Source: an uncultured Acidobacteriota bacterium
GTDB lineage: Bacteria; Acidobacteriota; Thermoanaerobaculia; UBA5066; Gp7-AA6
Direction of reading: 5' to 3'
DNA length: 64,000 nucleotides
Assembly: GCA_963764715.1 (NCBI GenBank)
Contig: CAVXTP010000006.1
Location: forward strand, 32,001-96,000
This document shows, piece after piece, positions 22,458 to 45,380 of the stretch; position 1 is the first letter of the stretch, and the number at the start of each line of letters is the position of its first letter. The notes under the pieces were generated by a model that saw only the letters and a list, made by a program, of their open reading frames with translations, searched no databases and had not been told where the DNA came from. Position numbers and translations under genes: made by a program.

Positions 22458-22459
22458 TT

Positions 22460-23654
<1,195 letters not shown>

Positions 23655-23688
23655 CTGTCCTCACCAATTTCACTCAACGGAAGCCGTT

Positions 23689-25783
<2,095 letters not shown>

Positions 25784-25825
25784 GGTCTTGAGTGAAGTGG
25801 TGTTTCGGTTCGTTCGGTTTCGGCG

Positions 25826-26296
25826 TTACCAGCGATAGTGGGCGAAGGCCTTGTTGGCCTCGGCCATCTTGTGCGTGTCGTCCTTCTTCTTCACGGCCCC
25901 GCCGCGCAGGTTCGCGGCGTCCAGGAACTCGGCCGCGAGCTTCTCCTTCATCGTCTTCTCGCCGCGGGCGGTGGCGTACTCGATGATCCAGCGGATCGCG
26001 AGCGACGTGCGGCGGTTGGGCCGCACCTCGACGGGGACCTGGTAGGTCGAGCCGCCGACGCGGCGCGACTTGACCTCGAGGGCCGGCTTGACGTTCTCGA
26101 TCGCCTTCTTGAAGGCCTTCATCGGATCGTCCTGGGTCTTCTCGGCGACCTTGTTCAGGGCGCCGTAGAGGATCCCCTCGGCGGTCGACTTCTTGCCCTG
26201 CGACATCACGGAGTTGATGAACTTCGTGACGAGCTGGGAGTTGTACAGCGGGTCCGGGAGGATCTCGCGCTTGGCAACGACTCGGCGTCTCGGCAT
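25826..26296 (-). CDS. rpsG: 30S ribosomal protein S7
   Basis: [30 protein letters not shown]. Confidence 0.98.
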   Translation of the reverse strand: MPRRRVVAKREILPDPLYNSQLVTKFINSVMSQGKKSTAEGILYGALNKVAEKTQDDPMKAFKKAIENVKPALEVKSRRVGGSTYQVPVEVRPNRRTSLAIRWIIEYATARGEKTMKEKLAAEFLDAANLRGGAVKKKDDTHKMAEANKAFAHYRW

Positions 26297-26313
26297 CGTG
26301 TCTTCCTCTTACC

Positions 26314-26688
26314 CTAGGCCTTGGGGCGCTTGGCGCCGTACTTGGAGCGGCCCTGCTTGCGGTTGGCGACGCCGACCGCATCGAGCGTTCCGCGAATGAC
26401 GTGGTACCGGACGCCGGGGAGGTCCTTCACGCGGCCGCCCCGGATCATGACGATCGAGTGCTCCTGCAGGTTGTGGCCGACGCCCGGGATGTACGTCGTG
26501 ACTTCGATCCCGTTCGTCAGTCGCACGCGCGCGACCTTGCGCAGCGCCGAGTTCGGCTTCTTCGGCGTCGTCGTGTACACGCGCGTGCAGACGCCGCGAC
26601 GCTGCGGCGAACGCTGGAGCGCGGGCGACGCGGTCTTCACCGCGAGCCGTTCGCGGCCTTTTCGGACGAGCTGAGAAATTGTCGGCAT
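26314..26688 (-). CDS. rpsL: 30S ribosomal protein S12
   Basis: [30 protein letters not shown]. Confidence 0.98.
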   Translation of the reverse strand: MPTISQLVRKGRERLAVKTASPALQRSPQRRGVCTRVYTTTPKKPNSALRKVARVRLTNGIEVTTYIPGVGHNLQEHSIVMIRGGRVKDLPGVRYHVIRGTLDAVGVANRKQGRSKYGAKRPKA

Positions 26689-26815
26689 CGACTCTCCTGA
26701 TCTCCCCGAGTCCCCCGGAGCCGTGGAAGGACCCGAGATCGACCGTAAAACGCTTTACTTCGGGTCGGGAAGACAGGCCCACCGGCCCTCCCGAGTCCAG
26801 AGGAAAAACCCGCGA

Positions 26816-26843
26816 ATCGTACGCGCGGGGGAGGGTCTGTCAA
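26816..26843 (-). promoter_or_regulatory. Sigma70-type promoter of the str/S10 operons
   Basis: TTGACA (26838-26843), 16 nt spacer, TACGAT (26816-26821). Confidence 0.75.
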
Positions 26844-27056
26844 GCGAAAATCCCTGCCAGGGCGATTGCTTTGGCGCCGTCGCGTCCCCTGCCGTCCGCT
26901 CGGAGACCGGGGTCCCGGACTATGTCCGACGCTTCCCGCTCCGGCGTCACCTATATCGCTGTGAGGCGGCCCTTACCCGGCGGGCCCCTCCGGTCACGGC
27001 CTAACTGAACGAACCGAGGGCCCCGAGGGCCGAGTGCCGATCGAACCGGAGCTCGG

Positions 27057-31244
<4,188 letters not shown>

Positions 31245-31366
31245 ATTAGTCGCTCCTTCTTAGCGGCGCGCTCGACGGCGGCCGAACGAGAGCAAACGGC
31301 CGCAGCGCACCATCCCATGGCTGGGATCGAAGCGCTGCGTCCGGTTCGGGGTATTCAGGAGAGCCG

Positions 31367-35617
<4,251 letters not shown>

Positions 35618-35695
35618 TCAAGGGCTCCCTGTAACGCGAGGGACGCTGCGCGCCCTCGCAATTCAGCACGAAACCAGGACGCAGGACGGGCAAGG

Positions 35696-35719
35696 ACCGC
35701 CCCTCCCGCGGGGCGGTCA
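35696..35719 (-). promoter_or_regulatory. Hairpin between rplL and rpoB (possible attenuator)
   Basis: GACCGCCCC-N6-GGGGCGGTC inverted repeat; the position matches the known rplL-rpoB attenuator site. Confidence 0.4.
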
Positions 35720-35756
35720 CCAGAAACAACAACGCGCTATTCCCAGGGACGAAGAT

Positions 35757-36134
35757 CTACTTGATCTCCACCTTGGCGCCGACTTCCTCGAACTTCTTTT
35801 TGATCGCGGCGGCCTCGTCCTTGGAGACCCCCTCCTTGATGACGCCGGGGGCGCCGTCGACGAGGTCCTTGGCCTCCTTGAGGCCCAGGCTCGTGACCTC
35901 GCGGACGGCCTTGATCGTCTTGATCTTGTCGCCGGCCGCGGCCAGGGTCACCGTGAACTCGGTCTTCTCTTCCTCGGCTGGAGCCGCCGCCGCGGCCGGG
36001 CCCGCCGCCGCGGGCATCGCCATCGCCGCCGCCGAGACGCCGAACTTCTCCTCGAGCGCCTTGACGAGCGTGTTGAGCTCGAGGACGGTCATGCCCTCGA
36101 TTTCCTTAACGAAGTTCTCTGCGGTCATCGCCAT
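35757..36134 (-). CDS. rplL: 50S ribosomal protein L7/L12
   Basis: [29 protein letters not shown]. Confidence 0.98.
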   Translation of the reverse strand: MAMTAENFVKEIEGMTVLELNTLVKALEEKFGVSAAAMAMPAAAGPAAAAAPAEEEKTEFTVTLAAAGDKIKTIKAVREVTSLGLKEAKDLVDGAPGVIKEGVSKDEAAAIKKKFEEVGAKVEIK

Positions 36135-36164
36135 GATCTGTACCTCTCCTCTTGTCTTTTAAAA

Positions 36165-36719
36165 CTAGTTGGCAGGCTCGGCGCTTTCGTTCGCCGGCCC
36201 GGATTTCGATTTCTGTTCGGCAATCTGGCTGACCACGCCCGCGAGATTGCGGACGGGGCCGTTCAACACCGTCACGAGGCGCCGCATCGGCGACTGCATG
36301 ACGAAGAGCAGCTTGGAGACGAGCTCCTCGCGGCTCGGGAGCTCCGCGATCGTCTTGATCTCGGTCGCCGGGACCGCGTGCCCGTCGATGACGGCGGCCT
36401 TGAAGACGAGGTTGGGGTTCGTCTTGGCGAAGGTCGTCAGCACCTTGGCGAGCGGAATGGCGTTGCCCCTGTTGAAGGCCACGGCCGTGGCGCCCGTGAA
36501 GTGCTCCGCGACGGCCTCGAGGGCCGTCCCCTTCGTCGCCCGCAGGGCCAGGGTGTTCTTGACGACGAGGTACGTCGACTGCGTTCCGCGCACCTGGCGG
36601 CGCAGCTCCGTCACCTCCGGCACCTTGAGTCCCGCGAACGCGAACAGGATCGCGTTGGACGACTGCGCCAGGCCTTTGGCGAGCGCCTCGACGGCTTCCG
36701 TTTTTTCCGTGCGATTCAT
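36165..36719 (-). CDS. rplJ: 50S ribosomal protein L10
   Basis: [21 protein letters not shown]; located between rplA and rplL. Confidence 0.96.
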   Translation of the reverse strand: MNRTEKTEAVEALAKGLAQSSNAILFAFAGLKVPEVTELRRQVRGTQSTYLVVKNTLALRATKGTALEAVAEHFTGATAVAFNRGNAIPLAKVLTTFAKTNPNLVFKAAVIDGHAVPATEIKTIAELPSREELVSKLLFVMQSPMRRLVTVLNGPVRNLAGVVSQIAEQKSKSGPANESAEPAN

Positions 36720-36737
36720 CGTGTGTCCTCGCTCGCC

Positions 36738-37433
36738 TTACACGGCCTCGATCGACGTGGTGTCGATCTCGACCCCGGGCCCCATCGTCGAAGAGACGGA
36801 AACGGTCCGGAAATACTTGCCCTTGGCCGCGGCGGGCTTCGCCTTGAGCACGGCCTTGATGAATGCCGAGGCGTTCTCCTCGAGCTTCTTCTCGTCGAAC
36901 GAGATCTTGCCGATCGGGGCGTGGATGATCGACGTCTTGTCGACGCGGAACTCGATCTTGCCGCCCTTGATCTCCTTGACGGCCTTGCCGACGTCCATGG
37001 TGACCGTGCCGGCCTTGGGGTTGGGCATCAGGCCCTTCGGCCCGAGGACCTTTCCGAGCTTGCCGACCAGGCGCATCATGTCGGGGGTCGCGACGAGCGC
37101 CTCGAAGTCGAGGAACCCGCCCTGGATCTTCTCGACCAGGTCCTCGGCCCCGACGTGGTCGGCGCCCGCCTCCTGGGCCTCCCGGGCCTTGTCGCCGCCC
37201 GCGATGACCGCGACGCGCTTCGACTTGCCCGTGCCGTGCGGCAGCACGACCGTGCCCCGCACCATCTGGTCGGCATGCTTCGGGTCGACGCCGAGCAGCA
37301 TCGCGACGTCGACGGACTCGTCGAACTTCGCGTAGCGCACGTCGCGCACCAGCTTGACCGCCTCCGGCAGGGGGTAGGGACGCAGCTCCACCTTCGACTT
37401 GGCCGCCAGGAATTTCTTACCGCTCTTGGGCAT
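36738..37433 (-). CDS. rplA: 50S ribosomal protein L1
   Basis: [31 protein letters not shown]. Confidence 0.98.
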   Translation of the reverse strand: MPKSGKKFLAAKSKVELRPYPLPEAVKLVRDVRYAKFDESVDVAMLLGVDPKHADQMVRGTVVLPHGTGKSKRVAVIAGGDKAREAQEAGADHVGAEDLVEKIQGGFLDFEALVATPDMMRLVGKLGKVLGPKGLMPNPKAGTVTMDVGKAVKEIKGGKIEFRVDKTSIIHAPIGKISFDEKKLEENASAFIKAVLKAKPAAAKGKYFRTVSVSSTMGPGVEIDTTSIEAV

Positions 37434-37523
37434 CGTCCTCCTTCGTCGTGCAAACGATCGAGTCGTGGCTCGATCTCCGACTTTGTGCCGTGGACCGACT
37501 CGCGTGAACCGTGATTCGAATGG

Positions 37524-37946
37524 CTAAACGACCTCGATTCCCATCGACCGCGCCGTCCCCTCGACGACCCGGATCGCCGCCGGCAGGTCCGCCGCGTTCA
37601 GATCCGGCATCTTGGTCTTCGCGATCTCTTCGACCTGCTTCTTCGTGACCTTGCCGACCTTCTCCTTGTTCGGCGTGCCCGATCCCTTCGGAACGCCGGC
37701 CGCCTTCAGCAGGAGGATCGACGCCGGCGGCGTCTTCGTGATGAAAGTGTAGGACCGGTCGGCGTACACCGTGATGACGACCGGGATGATCAGGCCCTTC
37801 TGCGACGCGGTCCTCGCGTTGAAGTTCTTGCAGAAGTCCATGATGTTGACGCCCTGCTGTCCGAGGGCGGGCCCGACCGGCGGCGCGGGAGTCGCCTCCC
37901 CCGCCGGGATCTGGAGCTTGACGTAACCGGTGATCTTCTTGGCCAT
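37524..37946 (-). CDS. rplK: 50S ribosomal protein L11
   Basis: [29 protein letters not shown]. Confidence 0.98.
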   Translation of the reverse strand: MAKKITGYVKLQIPAGEATPAPPVGPALGQQGVNIMDFCKNFNARTASQKGLIIPVVITVYADRSYTFITKTPPASILLLKAAGVPKGSGTPNKEKVGKVTKKQVEEIAKTKMPDLNAADLPAAIRVVEGTARSMGIEVV

Positions 37947-37959
37947 TGCGCTTCCTCGC

Positions 37960-38505
37960 TTACAGCTTCTGGACCTGCAGGAACTCGAGCTCCACCGGGG
38001 TCGAGCGCCCGAAAATCGTGACCATCACCTTCAGCGTCGAGCGGTCGAGGTTGATCTCCTCGACGACGCCGGTGAAGTTGGTGAACGGGCCGTCCGTGAT
38101 CCGGACGTGCTCGCCCTTCTCGAAGGTGTGCTTCGGCTTGGGCTTCTCCTTGGTCGACGTGACGCGGTGGAGGATCTGCTCGACCTCCTCCGCGGTCAGC
38201 GGCGTCGGCTCCTTGCCCGAGCCGACGAAGCCCGTGACCTTGGGGGTGTTCTTGACCAGGTGCCAGGCGTCGTCCGACATCTCCATCTCGACGATGATGT
38301 AGCCGGGGAAGAACTTGCGCTGGATCTCCCGGCGCTTGCCGCCCTTCATCTCGACGAGGGTCTCGGTCGGGATCCGGATGTCGCCGAACTTCTCCTGCAT
38401 GCCCATCGCCTCGATGCGCTGCCGGAGGTTCTGCCGCACCCGCTCCTCGAATCCCGAGTACGTGTGGACGATGTACCAGCTCTTGGCTTTCGTCTCGGTG
38501 ATCAT
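37960..38505 (-). CDS. nusG: Transcription termination/antitermination factor NusG
   Basis: [34 protein letters not shown]. Confidence 0.97.
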   Translation of the reverse strand: MITETKAKSWYIVHTYSGFEERVRQNLRQRIEAMGMQEKFGDIRIPTETLVEMKGGKRREIQRKFFPGYIIVEMEMSDDAWHLVKNTPKVTGFVGSGKEPTPLTAEEVEQILHRVTSTKEKPKPKHTFEKGEHVRITDGPFTNFTGVVEEINLDRSTLKVMVTIFGRSTPVELEFLQVQKL

Positions 38506-38726
38506 GACGTCACGACTCCCGCGGCCCGGAAGACCTTGTCGACCAGCCAGGACAGCCCGCTGTCGACGAGAAACAGGTAGAACCCGAAGATGAAGCAGGC
38601 GACGATCACGACGACCGTCGTTCCCACGACTTCGCTCTGGCCGGGCCAGCTGACTTTCTTCACTTCGGACCACACGTCGCGGAAGAAATCCCGCGTCTGC
38701 GGCCACCATTCTTTAATCGGCGTCAT
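38502..38726 (-). CDS. secE: Preprotein translocase SecE
   Basis: EVKKVSWP plus a single TM segment; directly upstream of nusG. Confidence 0.95.
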   Translation of the reverse strand: MTPIKEWWPQTRDFFRDVWSEVKKVSWPGQSEVVGTTVVVIVACFIFGFYLFLVDSGLSWLVDKVFRAAGVVTS

Positions 38727-38740
38727 GGCTTCGTTTCGGG

Positions 38741-38851
38741 AGGCAGGAGGCGGGCGGCAGGAGGCAGGGAATCCTGCCGTCTGTATCCGCGTTCGCCCTG
38801 GTCCTGCTTCCTGCTTCCTGCCTCCTGCTTACTGCTTACTGCTTACTGTCT
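38741..38851. repeat. Inverted arrays of heptamer repeats (AGGCAGG x4 / (C/A)CTGC(C/T)T x7)
   Basis: Directly visible between tRNA-Trp and secE. Confidence 0.85.
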
Positions 38852-38852
38852 A

Positions 38853-38929
<77 letters not shown>

Positions 38930-38942
38930 ATTGGTTCCGTTC

Positions 38943-39095
38943 CTAGACCTTCCCTTCCTTGTGCGCCGTGTGCTTGCGGCAGAAACGGCAGTACTTGGAG
39001 AGTTCCAGCTTCTCCGTGTTGGTCTTCTTGTTCTTCGTCGTCGTGTAGTTGCGACGCTTGCACTCGGGACAGGCCAAACTGATGTTCTCTTGCAT
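38943..39095 (-). CDS. rpmG: 50S ribosomal protein L33, Zn-binding type (not in ORF track)
   Basis: Manual translation: [50 protein letters not shown]. Confidence 0.95.
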   Translation of the reverse strand: MQENISLACPECKRRNYTTTKNKKTNTEKLELSKYCRFCRKHTAHKEGKV

Positions 39096-39107
39096 GTTTT
39101 TGCTCTC

Positions 39108-39132
39108 GGGCGGGGACAAGCCTCGCCCCTAC
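39108..39132 (-). repeat. GTAG-type REP-like palindrome
   Basis: The minus strand reads GTAG-GGGCGAGG-CTTGT-CCCCGCCC. Confidence 0.5.
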
Positions 39133-39144
39133 TCTTTCTCGCCT

Positions 39145-40338
<1,194 letters not shown>

Positions 40339-40385
40339 CTGTCTCCCCTAAACCTCTTCCTGCGGCGCGGTCCACTCGAAACCAC

Positions 40386-40461
40386 TGGAGCCCACGACCA
40401 GGATTGAACTGGTGACCTCGTCCTTACCAAGGACGTGCTCTACCAACTGAGCTACGTGGGC
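40386..40461 (-). tRNA. tRNA-Thr(GGT)
   Basis: Anticodon arm TCCTT-GGT-AAGGA; encoded CCA. Confidence 0.95.
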
Positions 40462-40565
40462 GTTTCCGATCCGTGAATCGGAAATCGGGAATCGGTGATC
40501 GAACTGCGGCATGACTTCGTCGTCTTTCTGTCTCTCGATGACCGATTTCCGCTTCCCGGCTCCGA

Positions 40566-40640
40566 TGGAGCGGGAGACGGGATTCGAACCCGCGACCAAC
40601 AGCTTGGAAGGCTGTGACTCTACCCCTGAGTTACTCCCGC
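40566..40640 (-). tRNA. tRNA-Gly(TCC)
   Basis: Anticodon arm CAGCCT-TCC-AAGCTG; encoded CCA. Confidence 0.95.
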
Positions 40641-40668
40641 GATGTGCGATGCGACTCCCCCGCATAGA

Positions 40669-40755
40669 TGGTGGGCAGTGAAGGATTCGAACCTCCGTAG
40701 CGCGAAGCGCGGCAGATTTACAGTCTGCTGCCATTAACCACTCGGCCAACTGCCC
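40669..40755 (-). tRNA. tRNA-Tyr(GTA)
   Basis: Anticodon arm GCAGACT-GTA-AATCTGC; long variable arm; encoded CCA. Confidence 0.95.
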
Positions 40756-40792
40756 GTGCCTGAAACCGGACCGCCCGCCGGTGGGAATTCTC

Positions 40793-40868
40793 TGGAGCCG
40801 GCGAAGGGACTCGAACCCGCAACCTTCCGATTACAAATCGGATGCTCTACCCGTTGAGCTACGCCGGC
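40793..40868 (-). tRNA. tRNA-Thr(TGT)
   Basis: Anticodon arm TCCGATT-TGT-AATCGGA; encoded CCA. Confidence 0.95.
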
Positions 40869-40960
40869 GACGCACACGTGTACGGCGAACCCGCGAAACG
40901 GAGTCCCAGCCGGCATTCAAAGAACACACCAAGGCCTACCCCCACCGGCGTGAATCGCGG

Positions 40961-40989
40961 AGTCTAGCAGCGCCAAACCACTCGATCAA
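40961..40989 (-). promoter_or_regulatory. Sigma70-type promoter of the tRNA-tuf operon
   Basis: TTGATC, 17 nt spacer, TAGACT with a TGn extension. Confidence 0.7.
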
Positions 40990-41004
40990 GACCTCTTTTG
41001 GGTT

Positions 41005-41715
41005 TTATGAGGTCCGCTGCCGGAGGGCCTCGTACCCGGCCGCCGCGGCCGCCGTCGAGACGTTGAGCGAGGCGAGCTGCCCCGCCATCGGCAGTCGGGC
41101 CAGCCGGTCGCAGCCCTCCCGGACGAGGCGGCGGATGCCCTTGCCCTCGGCCCCGAGGACGAGCGCCAGGTCTCCCCGGAGGTCGATCTCGTAGATCACC
41201 TGGCCGGCGGGATCGAGTCCGACGACCTGAAATCCTTCATTCTTAAGGTGATCGATGAACCGGCGAAGGTTCTTCGCCCGTATCACGGGAACCCGTTCGA
41301 CCGCCCCGGCCGAGCTCCGGGCGACCGTCTCCGAGAGGGGCGCCGATCCGCGCTCGGGCACGACCACGCCGGCGCCCAGCCCCTCGGCCACCCGGATCGC
41401 CGCGCCGAGGTTGTGGGGGTCCTGGACCTCGTCGAGGACGAGGAGGAACCGGGAGCCCGGCCGGCCCGCAAGGGCTGCCTCCTCTTCGAGATAACCCCGC
41501 ACCGCAACCCGGGCCACGGCGCCCTGGTGACCGACCGCCAGCCGGTCGAGCGCCTCCCGATGGCCGGATCGCACGGACACGCCCTGGCTGCGGCAGAGGT
41601 GCTTCAACTCGTTGATCCGGCGGTCCTTGCGCTCGGAATCGAACAGCACCCACTCGATCTCCCTCGGCCGGGCCCGGACGGCCTCCTCGATGGGATGGAG
41701 GCGGGAGAGGATCAC
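41005..41715 (-). CDS. rlmB: 23S rRNA Gm2251 2'-O-methyltransferase (SpoU/TrmH family)
   Basis: HQGAVA, LDEVQDPHNLGA, LVLGAEGKG, SLNVSTAAA. Confidence 0.9.
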   Translation of the reverse strand: MILSRLHPIEEAVRARPREIEWVLFDSERKDRRINELKHLCRSQGVSVRSGHREALDRLAVGHQGAVARVAVRGYLEEEAALAGRPGSRFLLVLDEVQDPHNLGAAIRVAEGLGAGVVVPERGSAPLSETVARSSAGAVERVPVIRAKNLRRFIDHLKNEGFQVVGLDPAGQVIYEIDLRGDLALVLGAEGKGIRRLVREGCDRLARLPMAGQLASLNVSTAAAAAGYEALRQRTS

Positions 41716-42194
41716 CGGGAGCCCGTCAGGAGCACCACGGCCATGGCGGCAATCCCGTCGCGCCGCCCGGTGAAGCCGAGACCATTGGAGCTCGTTCCGC
41801 GGGCGCTGACGGCCGACGGCTCGACCCCCAGGATCTCCGCGATCCGGGCGCGGATGGCCGCGACGTGGGGCGCGATCTTCGGGGCCTCCGCCACGACGAT
41901 CGCGTCGACGTTCCCGATCGAATAGCCGTGCTCGGCCGCGAGGTCGCGGGCCTTGCGCAGAAACGTCGCGCTGTCGGCTCCCTTCCAGGCCGGGTCCGTG
42001 GGCGGGAAGTGGTCGCCGATCGACCCGAGACCCGCCGCGCCGAGAACGGCATCGGTCAGGGCATGCAAGAGCGCGTCGCCGTCCGAGTGGCCCTCGAGCC
42101 CCGCCTCGTGGGGAATGGCAACGCCGCCGAGGCGAAGCGGCCGCCCCGCCGCGAACGGGTGCGAATCGAAACCGATCCCGACTCTCGGAAGCAT
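41712..42194 (-). CDS. ispF: 2-C-methyl-D-erythritol 2,4-cyclodiphosphate synthase
   Basis: RVGIGFDSH, GHSDGDALLHA, IGDHFPP. Confidence 0.95.
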   Translation of the reverse strand: MLPRVGIGFDSHPFAAGRPLRLGGVAIPHEAGLEGHSDGDALLHALTDAVLGAAGLGSIGDHFPPTDPAWKGADSATFLRKARDLAAEHGYSIGNVDAIVVAEAPKIAPHVAAIRARIAEILGVEPSAVSARGTSSNGLGFTGRRDGIAAMAVVLLTGSR

Positions 42195-42866
42195 CTACTT
42201 CTCCTCGCTCCGGGCCCGCGCGCGGAGGACCGCTTCCGCGAGCTCGAGATCCGCCGGCGTGGTGACCTTGAAGGCGAGCCGCGAGACCGCCACGACCTCG
42301 ACCGGGATCCCGAGATCCTCGCACAGTGCGGCTTCATCCGTGGCGTCGCGGCCGGAGTCGAGCGCGCGCCGCAGGACCGAGGCGCGGAAGGCCTGGGGCG
42401 TCGCGGCCGCGACGAGCTCGGACCGATCGAGCGTTCGGAGGATCCGCCCGCCGGAAGCGACCTTCATCGTGTCGACGACCGGGATGGCGGCGATCGCCGC
42501 TCCCGTCCGTGCCGCGGCCTCGACGACCGCGGCCGCCTCGGCGGCGGTGACGAGCAGCCGCGCCGCGTCGTGGACCGCCACGACGTCCTCGTCCGCGGCC
42601 GAGAGCGCGGCGAACCCGGCCCGCACCGAGCCCGAGCGCGTCTGGCCGCCGGCCACGACCTCGACGCGCGGGCCGACGGCGCGTCGGAACTCCTCGAGCC
42701 GGTCGGGAGGCGCCGTCACGACGGTGCGGGCGAAACCGGCGGGCGCCAGGGAATCGAGGGTCCAGGCGAGCAGCGGACGCCCGGCGATCGAAACCAGCGC
42801 CTTCGGCTCGGCGCGGCCGAGGCGCGTCCCGCTGCCCGCCGCGACGACGATCAGGAGCCGCGCCAC
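42195..42866 (-). CDS. ispD: 2-C-methyl-D-erythritol 4-phosphate cytidylyltransferase
   Basis: AAGSGTRLG...PK, GGQTRSGSV, VHDAAR, TPQAF, KVTTPADL. Confidence 0.93.
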   Translation of the reverse strand: MARLLIVVAAGSGTRLGRAEPKALVSIAGRPLLAWTLDSLAPAGFARTVVTAPPDRLEEFRRAVGPRVEVVAGGQTRSGSVRAGFAALSAADEDVVAVHDAARLLVTAAEAAAVVEAAARTGAAIAAIPVVDTMKVASGGRILRTLDRSELVAAATPQAFRASVLRRALDSGRDATDEAALCEDLGIPVEVVAVSRLAFKVTTPADLELAEAVLRARARSEEK

Positions 42867-43420
42867 TAGACGGCCAGGATCTCCTGTTCCTTGGACTTCA
42901 GGAGATCGTCGACTTCCTTGATCTTCCGGTCGGTGATCTTCTGGGACTCCTCGAGCCCGCGGCGCTCGTCGTCCTCCGAGATCTTCTTGTCCTTGAACAT
43001 CTTCTTGAGGCGGTCGTTGCCTTCGTGGCGGTAACGGCGGATCTCGACCCGCGCCTCCTCGGCCATGTGATGGGCGTTCTTGGCGAGGTCCTTGCGGCGC
43101 TCCTCGGTCAGCGCGGGGATCGGGACCCGCACGACCTTGCCGTCGTTCTGGGGATTGAGGCCGAGGTCCGACTTGCGGATCGCGCGCTCGATCTCGACCG
43201 CCATCTTGGGATCCCAGGGCGCGGCGAGAATCATCGTCGGCTCGGGGACCGAGAGGTTCGCGACCTGGTTGAGCGGGACGTCGGCGCCGTAGGCCGACAC
43301 CAGGATCCCGTCGAGCATCCCGAGGTTCGCTCGGCCCGTGCGCAGCGTCTTGAACCGTTCCTTCAACGCCCCGACGGCATCGCTCATGTGCTTCTCGACG
43401 TCTTTCAATTCCTGCCTCAT
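42866..43420 (-). CDS. frr: Ribosome recycling factor
   Basis: [26 protein letters not shown]. Confidence 0.97.
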   Translation of the reverse strand: MRQELKDVEKHMSDAVGALKERFKTLRTGRANLGMLDGILVSAYGADVPLNQVANLSVPEPTMILAAPWDPKMAVEIERAIRKSDLGLNPQNDGKVVRVPIPALTEERRKDLAKNAHHMAEEARVEIRRYRHEGNDRLKKMFKDKKISEDDERRGLEESQKITDRKIKEVDDLLKSKEQEILAV

Positions 43421-44151
43421 GCCTCGGCTCCCCCTGCGGAAACCAGCGAGCCGATGTCCTCGCCGACGACGACGCGCTGGATGTTGCCCTTGACCTTGAG
43501 GTTGAAGACCTTGATGGGAATTCCGTTGTCCATGCAGAGCGCGACGGCCGCGGCGTCCATGACCTGCAGTCCGGCCTCGAGGGCCTGGCGGTAGGTCAGC
43601 GTCCGGAGGAACTTCGCGGCGGTGTCGCGATTGGGATCGGCGTCGTAGACGCCGTCGACCTTGGTCGCCTTGAGCAGGACGTCGGCGTGGATCTCGTTGG
43701 CGCGCAGCGCCGCCGCCGAGTCGGTCGTGAAGAACGGGTTGCCCGTTCCGCCCACGAAGACGACCACGCGGCCCTTCTCGAGATGCCGCATCGCCCGGCG
43801 CCGGATGAAGGGCTCCGCGATCTGCCGGATCTCGACCGCCGACATCAGGCGCGTCGTCACGCCCCGCTTCTCGAGGGCGTCCTGGAGGGCGAGGCCGTTG
43901 ATCACGGTCGCGAGCAGGCCCATGTGGTCGCCGGCGACGCGGTCGATCCCCTGGGCGGCCGCGGAGACCCCGCGGATGATGTTGCCGCCGCCGATGACGA
44001 TCGCCGTCTCGACGCCGAGGGCATGAACGTCCCGGATCTCGTCGGCGAGCCGCGCCACGACGTCCGGGGCGATCCCGAACCTCTGGTCCCCCATCAACGC
44101 CTCCCCCGAAAGCTTCAGGAGGATCCGGCGGTAGACGGGGATCTCGGACAT
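43417..44151 (-). CDS. pyrH: UMP kinase
   Basis: [40 protein letters not shown]. Confidence 0.97.
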   Translation of the reverse strand: MSEIPVYRRILLKLSGEALMGDQRFGIAPDVVARLADEIRDVHALGVETAIVIGGGNIIRGVSAAAQGIDRVAGDHMGLLATVINGLALQDALEKRGVTTRLMSAVEIRQIAEPFIRRRAMRHLEKGRVVVFVGGTGNPFFTTDSAAALRANEIHADVLLKATKVDGVYDADPNRDTAAKFLRTLTYRQALEAGLQVMDAAAVALCMDNGIPIKVFNLKVKGNIQRVVVGEDIGSLVSAGGAEA

Positions 44152-44402
44152 GCGGACGCGATTATCTGTGAATCTTGCTCCGCAACCTAACGGTCGCGAA
44201 AACGCCGATCTGTCGCTCTTTCCGCGGCACTTCCCCATCCGTTCGCGGCGCGGATAGTCTCCCGACCGAAGGGAGGGAGGAGGTCCGCGCCGCGGGAGCC
44301 GGAGCGCGGCGAGGGATCAGGCGTCCGGTCGAGCCCGCATCCGGGCGAGCCGGACGCCGGTGCGCCCGCAGGGCGCAGATCCCCCGCAAGCGAAGGCGAC
44401 GG

Positions 44403-45278
44403 CTACGCTGCTTCTTCCGCCCGACCCAGCCCTTCGCCCAGCTTGAACCGGACGAACCGCAGGTCCAGGGCGCCCTTGCCGGCCTTCTCGACGATGACCT
44501 GGCCGACCGTCTTCTCGGGGTCCTTCACGAAGGCCTGCTCGACGAGCACGGCTTCCTGGTAGAACTTTTCGACCTTCCCGTCGGCGATCCGCTCGACGAC
44601 GTTGGCGGGCTTGCCGGCCGCCGTCGCCTGGGCGCGCGCGATCTCGCGCTCGGTCGCGAGGATCTCGGCCGACACCTCGCTCCGGGAGGCGAAGCGCGGG
44701 TCCGATGCCGCGATGTGCATCGCGAGGTCCTTGCCGAGCGCCTCGTCGGCGCCGGGAAGCCCCACGAGCACGCCGATCCGGCCGTTGCCGTGGATGTAGC
44801 TCGCGAACGTCTCGCCCGGCCGCGGCAGCAGTCGCGCGAACCGGCGGACCTGGACGTTCTCCTTGAGGACCGCCACCATCTGCGTGACCGCGTCCCCCAC
44901 GGTCTCTCCTCCCGGCCAGGAGAGCTTCGCGAGCTCGGCGACGTCGCCCGAGCGCGTGTCCCCGAAGGCGTCGTGCGCGGCGATGCGGTCGGCGAGCTTC
45001 TCGGCGAAGACGCGGAAGTCCTCGGTCCGAGCCACGAAATCCGTCTCGCAGTTGACCTCGACGAGGACGGCGCCCTTGACCGTGACGTGGGCGACGACGA
45101 GGCCCTCGGACGCGGCGCGGCCGGCCTTGGAGGCCGCCGCAGCCAGGCCCTTCTTGCGAAGGATCTTCTTGGCCTCTTCGAAGTTGCCGGCGGCTTCCAC
45201 CAGCGCCTTCTTGCAGTCCATCATCCCGGCACCGGTTTCGGTGCGCAGGTCGGCGACGAGCTTGGAGTTGATTTCCAT
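44403..45278 (-). CDS. tsf: Elongation factor Ts
   Basis: LRTETGAGMMDCKKAL, EVNCETDFVA, LAMHIAA. Confidence 0.97.
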   Translation of the reverse strand: MEINSKLVADLRTETGAGMMDCKKALVEAAGNFEEAKKILRKKGLAAAASKAGRAASEGLVVAHVTVKGAVLVEVNCETDFVARTEDFRVFAEKLADRIAAHDAFGDTRSGDVAELAKLSWPGGETVGDAVTQMVAVLKENVQVRRFARLLPRPGETFASYIHGNGRIGVLVGLPGADEALGKDLAMHIAASDPRFASRSEVSAEILATEREIARAQATAAGKPANVVERIADGKVEKFYQEAVLVEQAFVKDPEKTVGQVIVEKAGKGALDLRFVRFKLGEGLGRAEEAA

Positions 45279-45380
45279 GATTTCCCCAGTTCCTTAAACG
45301 GATTTGCGGCGGCGCTCAGGCGCAGGAGCCGGCCGGCCGGGCTTCCCCTGCCGTCTGCCTCCTGCCTCCTGCCCCCGCTC

